Source: a virus (taxonomy: Duplodnaviria; Caudoviricetes). From it: DNA of 64,000 nucleotides. The stretch is from positions 1,359 to 65,358 of the IMG/VR virus record IMGVR_UViG_3300025154_000087; one strand, written 5' to 3'. The notes under the pieces are model-generated. The model made no database searches. It had not been told where the DNA came from and saw nothing but the letters and a program-made list of their open reading frames with translations. Shown piece by piece: positions 18,001 through 27,504 of this stretch. The number at the start of each line of letters is the position of its first letter. The stretch's first letter is position 1. The translations under genes and the position numbers were made by a program.

Positions 18001-18449
18001 TGAGTCGTCCAACTCAGAATGAATATTTCATGAGTTTGGCCCGTTTGGCTGGGTCTCGGTCTAATTGTCTATCCCGGCAGGTTGGGTGTATTTTAGTAAA
18101 TGATCAACATCAAGTATTATCCACCGGGTACAATGGTGTCCCTCGAGGATTTCCCCATTGTACTGAGGGGGGATGTCCCCGAATGGGGGCAAAGAGCGGG
18201 GAAGATCTTCACAAATGTTTGGCTGTCCATGCCGAACAAAACGCTCTTATATTTTGTCCGGATCCTCACAAAATATATGCAGCCTATATAACAGTTAGCC
18301 CGTGTCTAACTTGTATGGTCATGTTGCTAAATACTCAATGTAATCTTATCGTCTTTGACGAGATCTATGATAAAGAATCAATCAAACTCTGGGAAAAAAC
18401 CGGGCGCCGTTGGATATGTACCAACTCCGATGTTTCCCGTAAACTCTGA
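18000..18449 (+). CDS. dCMP deaminase
   Basis: RS-x-C-x-x-RQVG, STGYNG, HAEQNA, PC-x-x-C. Confidence 0.9.
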   Translation: MSRPTQNEYFMSLARLAGSRSNCLSRQVGCILVNDQHQVLSTGYNGVPRGFPHCTEGGCPRMGAKSGEDLHKCLAVHAEQNALIFCPDPHKIYAAYITVSPCLTCMVMLLNTQCNLIVFDEIYDKESIKLWEKTGRRWICTNSDVSRKL

Positions 18450-20373
18450 TTGGACCTTACCTAAAGAACTACCTAATCTATCATCAGCTAAGATGATATC
18501 CCTGGATACCGAAACAAGAGATCCTGATTTGAAAGAAAAGGGACCAGGGGTTAGAAGAGGTGGTTCCATGGTGGGAATCTCGGTTGCAGTTCCAGAGGGG
18601 AATTCCTGGTATTTCCCCTTTGGACATGCAACAGGGGAACAATTCGAGAAAGAGACCATTATGCAATGGGCGAAGGATAATCTATGCAGAGCGAATCAAC
18701 CAAAAGTTGGGGCGAATCTGCTTTATGATTTGGATTATCTTTATCATCAAGGGGTAAAAGTAACTGGTCCTTTTTATGATATCCAAAATGCTGAACCCTT
18801 GATCGATGAAAATCGTCTAACCTACTCCCTGGATTCTTTAGCTAAGGACTATTTAGGATTGGTGAAGGATGAACGGCTTCTCCGAATGGCCTGTAATGAT
18901 TTCAAATTGAAGGGTTCCCCTCAATCCCACATTTGGCGATTGGATCCTAAGTATGTTGGACGGTATGCTGAGGTGGATGTTGAGTTATGTATCCCAATCT
19001 TCGAGAAACAGTTAAAGGAGATAAAGAATCAATCCCTTGAATATATTTTTGATTTAGAAACGCGTTTAGTACCGATGCTTCTGCATATGCGTCAACAGGG
19101 AGTTCCTATTGATGTTCCCCGATTGATGAAATTACATGAAAATTTAAGCGAGAATTTAATAAAAGCAAAAGATGAATTAGAGAAAATTGCAGGGAATCCT
19201 GTTGACTTTTGGGCGGCTGAGTCCATAGCGAAAATCTTCGATAAAATGGGGGAATCCTACCCTTTAACCCCATCAACACGAAAACCCTCCTTTGTTAAAG
19301 GATGGTTAGAAAAACATGGTTCAAGCATAGCACAAAAAATAGTTAAGTGTCGAGAACTTGATAAATTAATCGGAACTTTCTTAGAAGGATCCCTCCTTGA
19401 TATGTTAGTGGGGGATCGAATTCATTGCCAATTCAATCAACTAAGAGGAGATGAATTCGGGACCGTAACAGGACGATTCTCTTCTTCTAATCCAAATCTA
19501 CAATTTGTCCCAACAAGAACAGATTTAGGAAAACTGATCCGAATGTGTTTTATCCCCGATGATGGTTATATATGGGTCAAAGATGACCATAGTCAAATTG
19601 AGATCCGAGTATTAGTCCATTATGCTATGGGGAGAGGATCAAAGGAAATAGTTGTTCAATTCAATAGGAACCCCCGAACTGATTATCATCAATGGTGTGC
19701 GGATGAAGCGCATATTGAAAGACGACCAGCGAAGACTATAAACTTTGGGGTAATCTATGGAATGGGGGCTGATAAATTATCTCGGGAGTTAGGAATCACT
19801 GTTCAGGAAGCCAGGGACTTTATTGCAATGTACTTTGAAAAACTTCCTTTCCTGAAAGAAACCGTAAAGAAAGCAACAGAGGTCGCTAATGATCGAGGAT
19901 ATGTAAGAACTTTGATGGGGAGAAGAAGACGATTTCCCCTATTCGAACCAAGAGATGAACGGTTAGGAAATATAATAAAATCAAGCACAAATAAAGCAAA
20001 ACTTGCTAAACAAGTCAATGATTATATAGACCAAAATGGGGGAAATTATTACAGGGGAGTCTCCCGTGCCGGTTGTTATAAAGCTTTCAATGCCGTTGAT
20101 CAAGGATCCAGTGCCGACATCATGAAAAAAGGCATGGTTGATATTTGGGAATCCGGAGTATGTGATACTGTCAAGATGTACTTGACAGTCCATGATGAAT
20201 TGGACTATGGAATACCAAAAACGAAGATAGGAATGGAAGCTGCTGAGGAAATTGCCCGCTTAATGGAGAATACTTGTCAATTGAAAATACCATTGCTTGT
20301 CGATAAAAAAGCGGGGAAAAATTGGGGAGAGGTTAAAGCATGGGATCGGAAGGAAGTTTGTGGAACACTGTAA
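18355..20373 (+). CDS. family A DNA polymerase with 3'-5' exonuclease; start uncertain
   Basis: LDTET exo I, TGRFSSSNPNLQ, DHSQIEIR motif A, AKTINFG-x-x-YG motif B, VHDE motif C. Confidence 0.95.
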   Translation: MTRSMIKNQSNSGKKPGAVGYVPTPMFPVNSDWTLPKELPNLSSAKMISLDTETRDPDLKEKGPGVRRGGSMVGISVAVPEGNSWYFPFGHATGEQFEKETIMQWAKDNLCRANQPKVGANLLYDLDYLYHQGVKVTGPFYDIQNAEPLIDENRLTYSLDSLAKDYLGLVKDERLLRMACNDFKLKGSPQSHIWRLDPKYVGRYAEVDVELCIPIFEKQLKEIKNQSLEYIFDLETRLVPMLLHMRQQGVPIDVPRLMKLHENLSENLIKAKDELEKIAGNPVDFWAAESIAKIFDKMGESYPLTPSTRKPSFVKGWLEKHGSSIAQKIVKCRELDKLIGTFLEGSLLDMLVGDRIHCQFNQLRGDEFGTVTGRFSSSNPNLQFVPTRTDLGKLIRMCFIPDDGYIWVKDDHSQIEIRVLVHYAMGRGSKEIVVQFNRNPRTDYHQWCADEAHIERRPAKTINFGVIYGMGADKLSRELGITVQEARDFIAMYFEKLPFLKETVKKATEVANDRGYVRTLMGRRRRFPLFEPRDERLGNIIKSSTNKAKLAKQVNDYIDQNGGNYYRGVSRAGCYKAFNAVDQGSSADIMKKGMVDIWESGVCDTVKMYLTVHDELDYGIPKTKIGMEAAEEIARLMENTCQLKIPLLVDKKAGKNWGEVKAWDRKEVCGTL

Positions 20374-20771
20374 GGAATAACATGAAAGAATACTGGGAAG
20401 CAGACAGGGTAGAAAACCCCGTTTCCCCTGGTACTCCTGATGTCTATTTCACTTTAACATGCAATGGTCGAATGGGATGGATTGAGTTAAAACATCTCCA
20501 TGAATGGCCGAAAAGGCCTGATACTATTGTGAAGATCGATCATTATACCCCCCAGCAAAAATCTTTCATTCGTCGCCATGGGGAACGGGGAGCTTTAGTC
20601 TGCTTATTGATCCAAATTAAAAAAGACTACTTTTTGTTTGGATGGAAGAATGCTTTGAATGTAGGAGAGATCCCCAAAGAAGAGTACTTTAATCAATGTA
20701 TTCGTCATTGGGCAAATCGTATGGATTATCCAGAATTCACCCGAATCCTTGCAGGAGTATATCCCCTATGA
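20340..20771 (+). CDS. VRR-NUC/Holliday junction resolvase-like nuclease
   Basis: RVEN...GTPDV...WIELK PD-(D/E)XK motif, Q-x-x-F. Confidence 0.8.
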   Translation: MGSEGSLWNTVRNNMKEYWEADRVENPVSPGTPDVYFTLTCNGRMGWIELKHLHEWPKRPDTIVKIDHYTPQQKSFIRRHGERGALVCLLIQIKKDYFLFGWKNALNVGEIPKEEYFNQCIRHWANRMDYPEFTRILAGVYPL

Positions 20772-21274
20772 ATCATCAAGAACTTGTAAAAATTGCAGAG
20801 GCTTGGTTATACCGACAAAGATTTGGAGTGGTCTTGTCAGAATTAAAAGTTAAAGGTTGCTCTGAGATTCCCGATTGTATTGGGTATAAATTAATGGGGA
20901 ACCATACTATTTTAATTGAATGTAAAGTAAAAAGGAAAGATCTTTTTAGGGACCGGCAAAAGATATTCCGAAAAGACCCGTCCAAAGGAGTAGGAGATTT
21001 CCGTTATTACTTATGTCCCCCAGGGGTTATCACGATTAAGGATCTAGGAGCGGGAAACTGGGGTCTTCTTTATGGTTATTCTTCCGGGATGGTCCGAATA
21101 ATACGAAAAGCAAAAGCCTTTCCCCATGTAAATATCGAGGTCGAACGGGCTTTGCTTTATACAGCATTACGGCGATTATGCTTAAGGGGGAGATTATCCG
21201 AAATCTATGATAATTCTCAAGTAACCTGTATTAATGGGGTCAATTGTAAATCAAAGTTTGTCTATTCAAAATGA
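20768..21274 (+). CDS. MmcB-like PD-(D/E)XK nuclease-fold protein
   Basis: EIPDCIG...IECK...D...K-x-FR...G-x-GDFRYYLCP. Confidence 0.65.
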   Translation: MNHQELVKIAEAWLYRQRFGVVLSELKVKGCSEIPDCIGYKLMGNHTILIECKVKRKDLFRDRQKIFRKDPSKGVGDFRYYLCPPGVITIKDLGAGNWGLLYGYSSGMVRIIRKAKAFPHVNIEVERALLYTALRRLCLRGRLSEIYDNSQVTCINGVNCKSKFVYSK

Positions 21275-21378
21275 AAGAACGGACCTGGGCTGGAATAGTA
21301 ATATTGATTATCACTCCTGTTTTTATGGTAATGGTTTCCTTCATAGAGATATTTTTTAAATAAATGAACGGAAAGGTA

Positions 21379-21460
21379 TTTACAAAAGTATTAACTTGCT
21401 GTATAGTACTTATGTAAAGGAAGGAAACAGGTTCCTTCTCCGAACCACAAAAAGGGAGAT
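21379..21460 (+). promoter_or_regulatory. repeated promoter plus conserved structured leader (copy 3)
   Basis: TTTACA-N17-TATAGT then GGAAGGAAACAGGTTCCTTCTCCGAACCACAAAAAGGGAGAT. Confidence 0.75.
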
Positions 21461-21465
21461 TGGTC

Positions 21466-21894
21466 ATGAAAACGAGAAATGATCTGAACAATATGTCAAT
21501 GGTGGAAGTGGTCAATTACTATAATTCTTTGGTCGATAATTATAAAACGAAGACCGAGTTCAAAACGGCCGGCCCAAAAACCTTTAATTCAAAGTCTAAG
21601 GCCATAGAGCGAGTCATGACGATTCAGGCCGAAATCGAGTCTGTCAATATACCGGTGGAACTTGAAAAGCCCGTACAAGTCAAAGAACGGGGTCATAAAA
21701 TGGCGACCATCCGTCAGATCTTAATGGATAATGATGAGGTTGATCGAGCAGATTTAGCCCATCGAATCGGATCGGATGAGAAGAACACCCATATTATGGT
21801 AACGATCCTTTGTAATGCCAAGAGAACGAAGGATTGGCTGGTTGTTACCTATGACCGGAAGAACAAAGTTTATCGACGGATAACGGGGAAGTAA
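21466..21894 (+). CDS. winged-HTH protein, paralogue of 12523..13182
   Basis: Shared KM-x-x-I...R-x-x-LA-x-x-IGSDE-x-NTH-x-M-x-x-IL-x-N-x-x-RTK...YDR. Confidence 0.7.
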   Translation: MKTRNDLNNMSMVEVVNYYNSLVDNYKTKTEFKTAGPKTFNSKSKAIERVMTIQAEIESVNIPVELEKPVQVKERGHKMATIRQILMDNDEVDRADLAHRIGSDEKNTHIMVTILCNAKRTKDWLVVTYDRKNKVYRRITGK

Positions 21895-21898
21895 AAGG

Positions 21899-21937
21899 GT
21901 AAGGGGGACAGTCCCGAAGCTGTCCCTCTTACATTTT
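21899..21937 (+). terminator. intrinsic terminator
   Basis: GTAAGGGGGACAG/CTGTCCCTCTTAC stem then ATTTT. Confidence 0.6.
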
Positions 21938-21951
21938 AACAGGAGAGTAAA

Positions 21952-23752
21952 ATGGCGGTTATTGGTTCTGATACTTTTTTTAAGGAAGTAGTTAAGCGAT
22001 TTATCCCCAATCTACCTAATAATATTACGAAGATGGTTATCCAAATGAAGGTTGGGGATATTGTTAGAATTGAAATAGGGATGTTTCCCGATGAATTTTA
22101 TCCATTAAAAGAGACGATTACCCAATATAATCTTACTGAAATTTGTAGAAAAATTGAGTCTCCCCATAAAGATATAGATCAAACTCCGTTTTATTCTTCA
22201 CTGATCAAGATCCAAAGATCCCTTGAAGAAACACGGGAAATGGTAAAATACCTTGAAGGGTTATCAAATGAAAATAACGATTCTTTCTGATCGAAAAGAA
22301 ATTTGGAATGATGGGCATTACCACTTCTTCCCTGGTCGAATAATAAAGGATCATATGCCCTTATGGGTAAGGAGCGATTGGCGAAGAAGTGAATCATGGG
22401 TCGCCGGTTGGGAAGCAGCTAAGCGGGAATACAAGGAAAGGACCATGGAGAAACCCTTAATTCCTATTAATGAAAAGAGACCCCTTCCCGTTTGGCAACA
22501 AGTTCAAGTAATTTTCTGGTCTGCCTTAAAAAAGAGGGAGAAGGTACTTCCAACTCATCCTAAATTATTTAAAGAGATGGATAGTTGGTATCAAGTGTTA
22601 ACTACTTTAAAGGAGATGAATCAACAATGACCCCCGAAATGTTAAAGGCCTTGGAAGATTGCATTGAAAAGCGATGGAATCTAGTTGCTGCCGGATGTTG
22701 TATAGTGGATCTTCCCAAATGCCCCTTATGTGAGACAGCAGGAGAAATGTGTCAGGGATGCCCAATAAATATAGCAACATCGGGTAACTCCTGTTTGGGA
22801 ACTCCCTTCTGGAAATGGGCTAATGCTTACTATCGCTCCCCGGAATACTGGGATGCAACTGAACAAGAAATCGAATTCCTTCTCTCATTGCTTCCGGAGG
22901 ACCATCGATTAAGAAAGGGATGAAATACGTTTATATCATTTTATGGGTGACTTCCCTGTCTTGGTTTGCTTATTGGTATTTCACGGGGATGCCCCAATAC
23001 TAAAAGGAGGATGAAATGTGCTTTGGAATAGAAATTAATGATGAGTATTGGAAAGATTTTATTTATCCCATAAAACTTACTCAATCTATAGAGGACAAAA
23101 TGATTCCTGAAAATAATGATAGACCAACAGAGTTAGAACTTAATAAAGAGGAATGGACTGCTATTAAAGAAATTAACGATATAAAAGGACCATCAAAAAA
23201 GAATCCAAATTGTCAAGGAACCGTCTTCCGCGCCCAGGTTCATCATTATGCTATGAAAAGGGGATATGGGTTCCAGGTACGACTCCATAGAGTAAAGAGC
23301 TTATCCTGTTGGGGCTGTCGTTTTTGTAAATGGGAAGATGACTTAATGCTTCCTATTGAGAACATTGAAAAAGCTGAGCATGGAAAACTCTATACTATTA
23401 ATTGTATAGTGGATTCCATCGGGAAAACCGGGACCGTAGATAAATGGCATGGTCGATTAGCCGGCCCATGGGATGAAAGAACGTTTAGGAATTAAGGGGA
23501 CTTCTAAAATTCTCATCAAAGGAGAATGAAATGATTCCGAAAGAGTTTACAAGGGAGGGGAAATGCTTATTCTGTGAATTTCACATAATCTTAGACAAAA
23601 ACTATGTTCAGTGTTTTGGACCATCGGATTTATCCGTGGTTTTAAATCCAACTATTCCAGCTGCGGGGGATTATCCAAATAAGTTTCTCCCCGATACTGT
23701 AATTGGGATCTGTAATGGATGGACTTTAAAGAACTATGGGGGAAAACTATGA
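21952..23752 (+). other. run of small hypothetical CDSs (21952..22290, 22268..22630, 22627..22923, 23016..23495, 23531..23752)
   Basis: Tightly packed ORFs with AGGAG-type RBS; several contain CxxC pairs. Confidence 0.6.
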
Positions 23753-23892
23753 AGATGGTAGTGATTACTTTGATAGTAATGGTAATTGCCTTTAGTGGAT
23801 TCGTTGCTGGAGGAAAGTATCTTCAGAATCAAGCTCGAGAGATCATGGAAAGTTCCCCGATAATGAGGGTACTTTAAGTAATTAATCATATG

Positions 23893-24034
23893 AGGAGAGT
23901 GGCGTAATTGGTATACGGCTGTAGATTGGCGGAAGCACCCTGAAGTCGCCTTTGTGGTCGAAAACACCCTGCTCAGTAATGAGCTAAAGCGATTCAAGCT
24001 CTTGGGTTTGTAGGTTCGAATCCTACCTCTCATC
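23893..24034 (+). ncRNA. tRNA-like RNA with large structured internal insert
   Basis: Acceptor AGGAGAG/CTCTCAT (6 of 7 pairs), D-arm-like TGGCGTAATTGGTA, perfect T-arm GTAGG-TTCGAAT-CCTAC, about 90 nt between D and T arms. Confidence 0.6.
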
Positions 24035-24064
24035 GCTATTCAAATTTTTTTAGAGGAGAGTAAA

Positions 24065-24337
24065 ATGAATAAAACTGTATATTTTGGTTTCGATAAAGGG
24101 ATAAAGTTGTTTTCTCAATTTCTTTCTCATTTGTTCGAGCCAAGAAAGAAAAACTACTCTTTTAGCAAAGCGTATAAGAAAAGCAAAAACCATCCCCATC
24201 AATCAAGACGGGAATGTGAACGAAGGAAGAGACAACTGTCAGAGGGAAAAATCCAAAACCATATCTGTACTACTTGGTATTGGCATCTGAGACCATCATG
24301 GAAAATTCATTGCTGGAGGAAAGTATCTTCCGAATAA
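24065..24337 (+). CDS. basic small protein, copy 1 (C-terminally extended)
   Basis: RBS GAGGAG; PHQSRRECERR motif. Confidence 0.65.
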   Translation: MNKTVYFGFDKGIKLFSQFLSHLFEPRKKNYSFSKAYKKSKNHPHQSRRECERRKRQLSEGKIQNHICTTWYWHLRPSWKIHCWRKVSSE

Positions 24338-24412
24338 AGTTCGAGAGATCATGGAAAGTTCCCCGATAATGAGGGTACTTTAAGTAATTAGCCAAACAAA
24401 AAGGAGAATAAA

Positions 24413-24631
24413 ATGACACAAGTGGTCTATTTTGGTTCCGGTCGAGGAATGAAGTTGTTTTCTCAATTCCTTTCCCATCTGTTTGAACCGAGAAAGAAAA
24501 GCTATTCTTTTAGCAAAGCATACAAGAAAAGCAAAAACCATCCCCATCAATCGAGACGGGAATGTGAACGGAGGAAGAGACAACTGTCAGAAGGAAAGAT
24601 CCAGAACCATATCTGTACCACCTGGTATTAA
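24413..24631 (+). CDS. basic small protein, copy 2
   Basis: RBS AAGGAG; differs from copy 1 mostly at synonymous sites. Confidence 0.7.
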   Translation: MTQVVYFGSGRGMKLFSQFLSHLFEPRKKSYSFSKAYKKSKNHPHQSRRECERRKRQLSEGKIQNHICTTWY

Positions 24632-24632
24632 T

Positions 24633-25019
24633 ATGGATATTTTTACAGCAGTTGGAATGAATTCTAAGGCTTGCGGTTATGACAAAGTAGAGGTAAAAGG
24701 AATGGAAATAATAGTAATCAAGCCACTATTCTGTAGTGACTGTCAGCATCGCAATAGTTGGGGGTATTGCGATGCTCCATGGAAGGCTCTAAAGGGCCAG
24801 GTGTTTGACTTCATCCGGGGCGCCGAATTCACTTGTGCTCAGGATTGTCGGTTGATGAGGTCTCTTGATTGCTATTGTGGATGGAAGGCCTACTGGTTCA
24901 AGGCTAAACCGAATATTAAGTATAGTTGTGCCTTGACTGATCAACAGGTTTGCCCTGTAAAGGATCGTTTCCCTTCTAACTGCATAGGTTGTCCAAATTT
25001 AATAAAAGAGGAGGAATAA
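24633..25019 (+). CDS. Cys-rich hypothetical protein
   Basis: ATG directly after the previous stop; multiple CxxC. Confidence 0.55.
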   Translation: MDIFTAVGMNSKACGYDKVEVKGMEIIVIKPLFCSDCQHRNSWGYCDAPWKALKGQVFDFIRGAEFTCAQDCRLMRSLDCYCGWKAYWFKAKPNIKYSCALTDQQVCPVKDRFPSNCIGCPNLIKEEE

Positions 25020-25427
25020 ATGGAAGCACTTGCTGAAAGTCTATATTGGTTAGCATTAAATGCTTACCATGAGGCAAGGGGGGAATCCACAGCGGGACAA
25101 ATGGCTGTTTGCCATGTGGTTATGAATCGTGTACTAACAAGGGGGAAACCCATAAGGGATATTATTCTAGCTCCCAATCAATTTTCCTGGACAATTGGCG
25201 TTAACCCTGAAATGATTCCCTTTCATGATATGGCATCTTTCCGAAGGTGCCTAATCGCTGCGGCGACCTGTCTCAAGGAAAGATCTTTCGGCCATTGCCT
25301 CCAAGGTGCTGATCATTATTTTAACCCAAATGTTGTTCTTCCTTCATGGGCTAAAAATATGACCTTCGTCAAAACAATTGGGAATCATTCCTTTTATCGG
25401 GATGACCAACAAATGAGGTTTAAATAG
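25020..25427 (+). CDS. SleB/CwlJ-type cell wall hydrolase (probable endolysin)
   Basis: LA-x-N-x-YHEARGES...VMNRV...QFSW...ADHYFNP...P-x-WA...IGNH-x-FY. Confidence 0.9.
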   Translation: MEALAESLYWLALNAYHEARGESTAGQMAVCHVVMNRVLTRGKPIRDIILAPNQFSWTIGVNPEMIPFHDMASFRRCLIAAATCLKERSFGHCLQGADHYFNPNVVLPSWAKNMTFVKTIGNHSFYRDDQQMRFK

Positions 25428-25506
25428 ATGACTCTTGAGGTTTTACTTGGTATAGCAATTGTATTTGCTATACTTGCGGCTTATTATGGTTCAAAAGGAG
25501 AATAAG

Positions 25507-27008
25507 ATGGGAGAAGGGACTGACGCTGCTCGGAGCATATCACCTATTCATGCTGCTGTTATGGACAATCTAAAGGATCAACTATTGCTGGTTTTCCTCC
25601 GTAGATTAGGAGGAAAAATATCGATCCCATTGGAAGAAATAGATAATACAGACAGTTTGATTATGACCCTCCGAGTCGATAAGGATAGTGTATTCCATTT
25701 CGAACTTAAACAAAAGGATTAATCAAATGCCGGCTATTTATCATTTTACCAAAGAAAAAGTTATTACTAAAATAGAAAAGGAGAGTTATACCCAATTAAC
25801 TTGTCGTAATTGTCGAAATAAGGAGGAATTCGAAGGAACCATTGACAAGGATTGTCTAAATAATGGTTGGAGTGCTTTAACATTAAGTAGTCAACAGAAC
25901 CATATATCTTGCTATCAGTGGTTGTTATGTCCATCCTGTACTAATAAAGTCCGTATTGCGGCCGGATTATAAAGTTATCAAACGAGAGGAGTAATCAAAT
26001 GGCAATGATAGCGATTGAAGTTCCTGATGGTTTACGGTGCAAGGACTGCCTCTACAAAGGACCAGGTTGGGGGAAGTTCAAAGACTGGGAATGGTGCTCT
26101 GTTATGAAGAATAAACTTCCTGATAGCGGAGCAAAGTTAGATGGTTGTCTGAGGTCAGAGGTCATACTTATAAAGCAGGAGAAGGAAGATGGAGATTTGC
26201 CCCAGGTGCCGTGATAGCGTTTTTATGCTACAACCGGCCAGGTGTTCCGAGCATCCTGAGAAGATGAAAGGACATCCTATTGATAGATACCATTGTCCCG
26301 ATTGTGGTGTCGAATTGGTTAATGGGACTCCTCATCCGAATCTTTGTTATCGATGCATCGACAAAAACCACCCTGGCCTGGACATGGAGCGGAAAATGCA
26401 ATCGGGAGAATTCAGCTAAAGGAGAAAGTATGCTTGTTTCTGCAACTATGTACTTCAAGTTGAATAATCATGATGGTAAGGACTATTGTTTCACTTGTGC
26501 CGTGAAAGAAATTCAGAAAAATCCCCATTCAAAAATGATTAGTTCTTTGGAAACGGGTTCTGAAGTAAATTGTGATATTTGCAAAGAACTTATTCCGGAA
26601 ATCGAAATAAGGATTTGATCATGGTACAAGAATTCGATTATTGTGAACAATGCGGAGGGAGAAAATCCATTTATACAGAGATTTATCGGGGGAAAGATCT
26701 TTGTAAAAAATGTAGGAAACAGGCAGAGAAAGCAGGGGTACCTATAACCATTACCGAAAGGGATATCATCTATACTGAACTACTAAGGAAAGCGAAACTA
26801 GGAGGATATAATGGCTTGTATTGAAATAGCCGGAATTCCGGATGGGGATTATTGCAAGGATTGTCGATTTAAAGAATCAGATGATTCTATGGGGGGAAAA
26901 TATGATTATTGTTTTGCCTTTGAGAAGCATTTAACTTCCCATGTCCGAAAACTCAATGAATGTGTTATATCTACTGTGGATCCTTCGAAGGCTCCTCGTT
27001 TTTGGTAG
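25507..27008 (+). other. run of small, mostly Cys-rich hypothetical CDSs (25507..25722, 25727..25972, 25999..26214, 26189..26419, about 26430..26618, 26621..26824, 26811..27008)
   Basis: Packed ORFs with RBS and CxxC...CxxC zinc-ribbon patterns. Confidence 0.6.
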
Positions 27009-27156
27009 TCCGTTTAAGTATTGTCTGTAAGCATTGGTTACAGTACCCATGAGAAATAGGAATGAAAGGGCAGGTCGGGAGAAATACCTGATGCTGCCCT
27101 TCATTATTTATATACCTCTTACAGACACAGCATTGTCGAAGTAATGGTTTCATTAT

Positions 27157-27504
27157 TTATTTTTTATTCTTAAGTTCTTCAATTTCCCTAGCCGTTTGTT
27201 TCTGGCTAAGTTCAAAGGTCGAGACCATTACGGCTACGGAGGTCTTGATATCAGAAACACTATCCCTTATGACAGAGACCTGGTTCTCAATCTTCTTCTC
27301 TTGCTCTTTTTGCTTTTCAAACAGTTCCGACCGGGTTGTCATTGTAATACCAAATAGAATAGTAAGCATTACTACTAAGAGAAACCCGACTCCTTTTGTT
27401 ATGTTCATCCAAGAGAAAAGGCTGGGAAGTTTCTCTAAGACTTTGATTCGTTCAATAATGACGTTATGTTCTTCACAAGCTTCATGATCCCTTTTCAGAG
27501 TCAT
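27157..27504 (-). CDS. single-TM coiled-coil protein (holin/spanin-like)
   Basis: Hydrophobic GVGFLLVVMLTILFGI then coiled coil; at end of late arm. Confidence 0.5.
   Translation of the reverse strand: MTLKRDHEACEEHNVIIERIKVLEKLPSLFSWMNITKGVGFLLVVMLTILFGITMTTRSELFEKQKEQEKKIENQVSVIRDSVSDIKTSVAVMVSTFELSQKQTAREIEELKNKK

Larger units (their letters stand above)
23804..24631 (+). repeat. imperfect tandem duplication (A 23804-23884, A' 24310-24390; B from 24065, B' from 24413)
   Basis: 81 bp near-identical blocks and two near-identical small ORFs. Confidence 0.9.

Noticed and set aside
13197-18449. 7-deazaguanine or 2-aminoadenine modification pathway
   Set aside because: No FolE, QueD, QueE, DpdA or PurZ motifs; the amidotransferase has AsnB motifs rather than the QueC zinc site.
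18355-20373. Intein or intron in polymerase, terminase or helicase
   Set aside because: Lengths are normal, and no intein splice-junction or homing endonuclease motifs are seen.
23985-24000. UCA suppressor anticodon in the tRNA-like RNA (TTCAA)
   Set aside because: The TCA is not centred in a canonical 7 nt loop on a 5 bp stem, and it pairs within the long internal stem.
24065-24631. Diversity-generating retroelement TR/VR pair
   Set aside because: Differences are mostly synonymous and not adenine-specific, and no reverse transcriptase is present.
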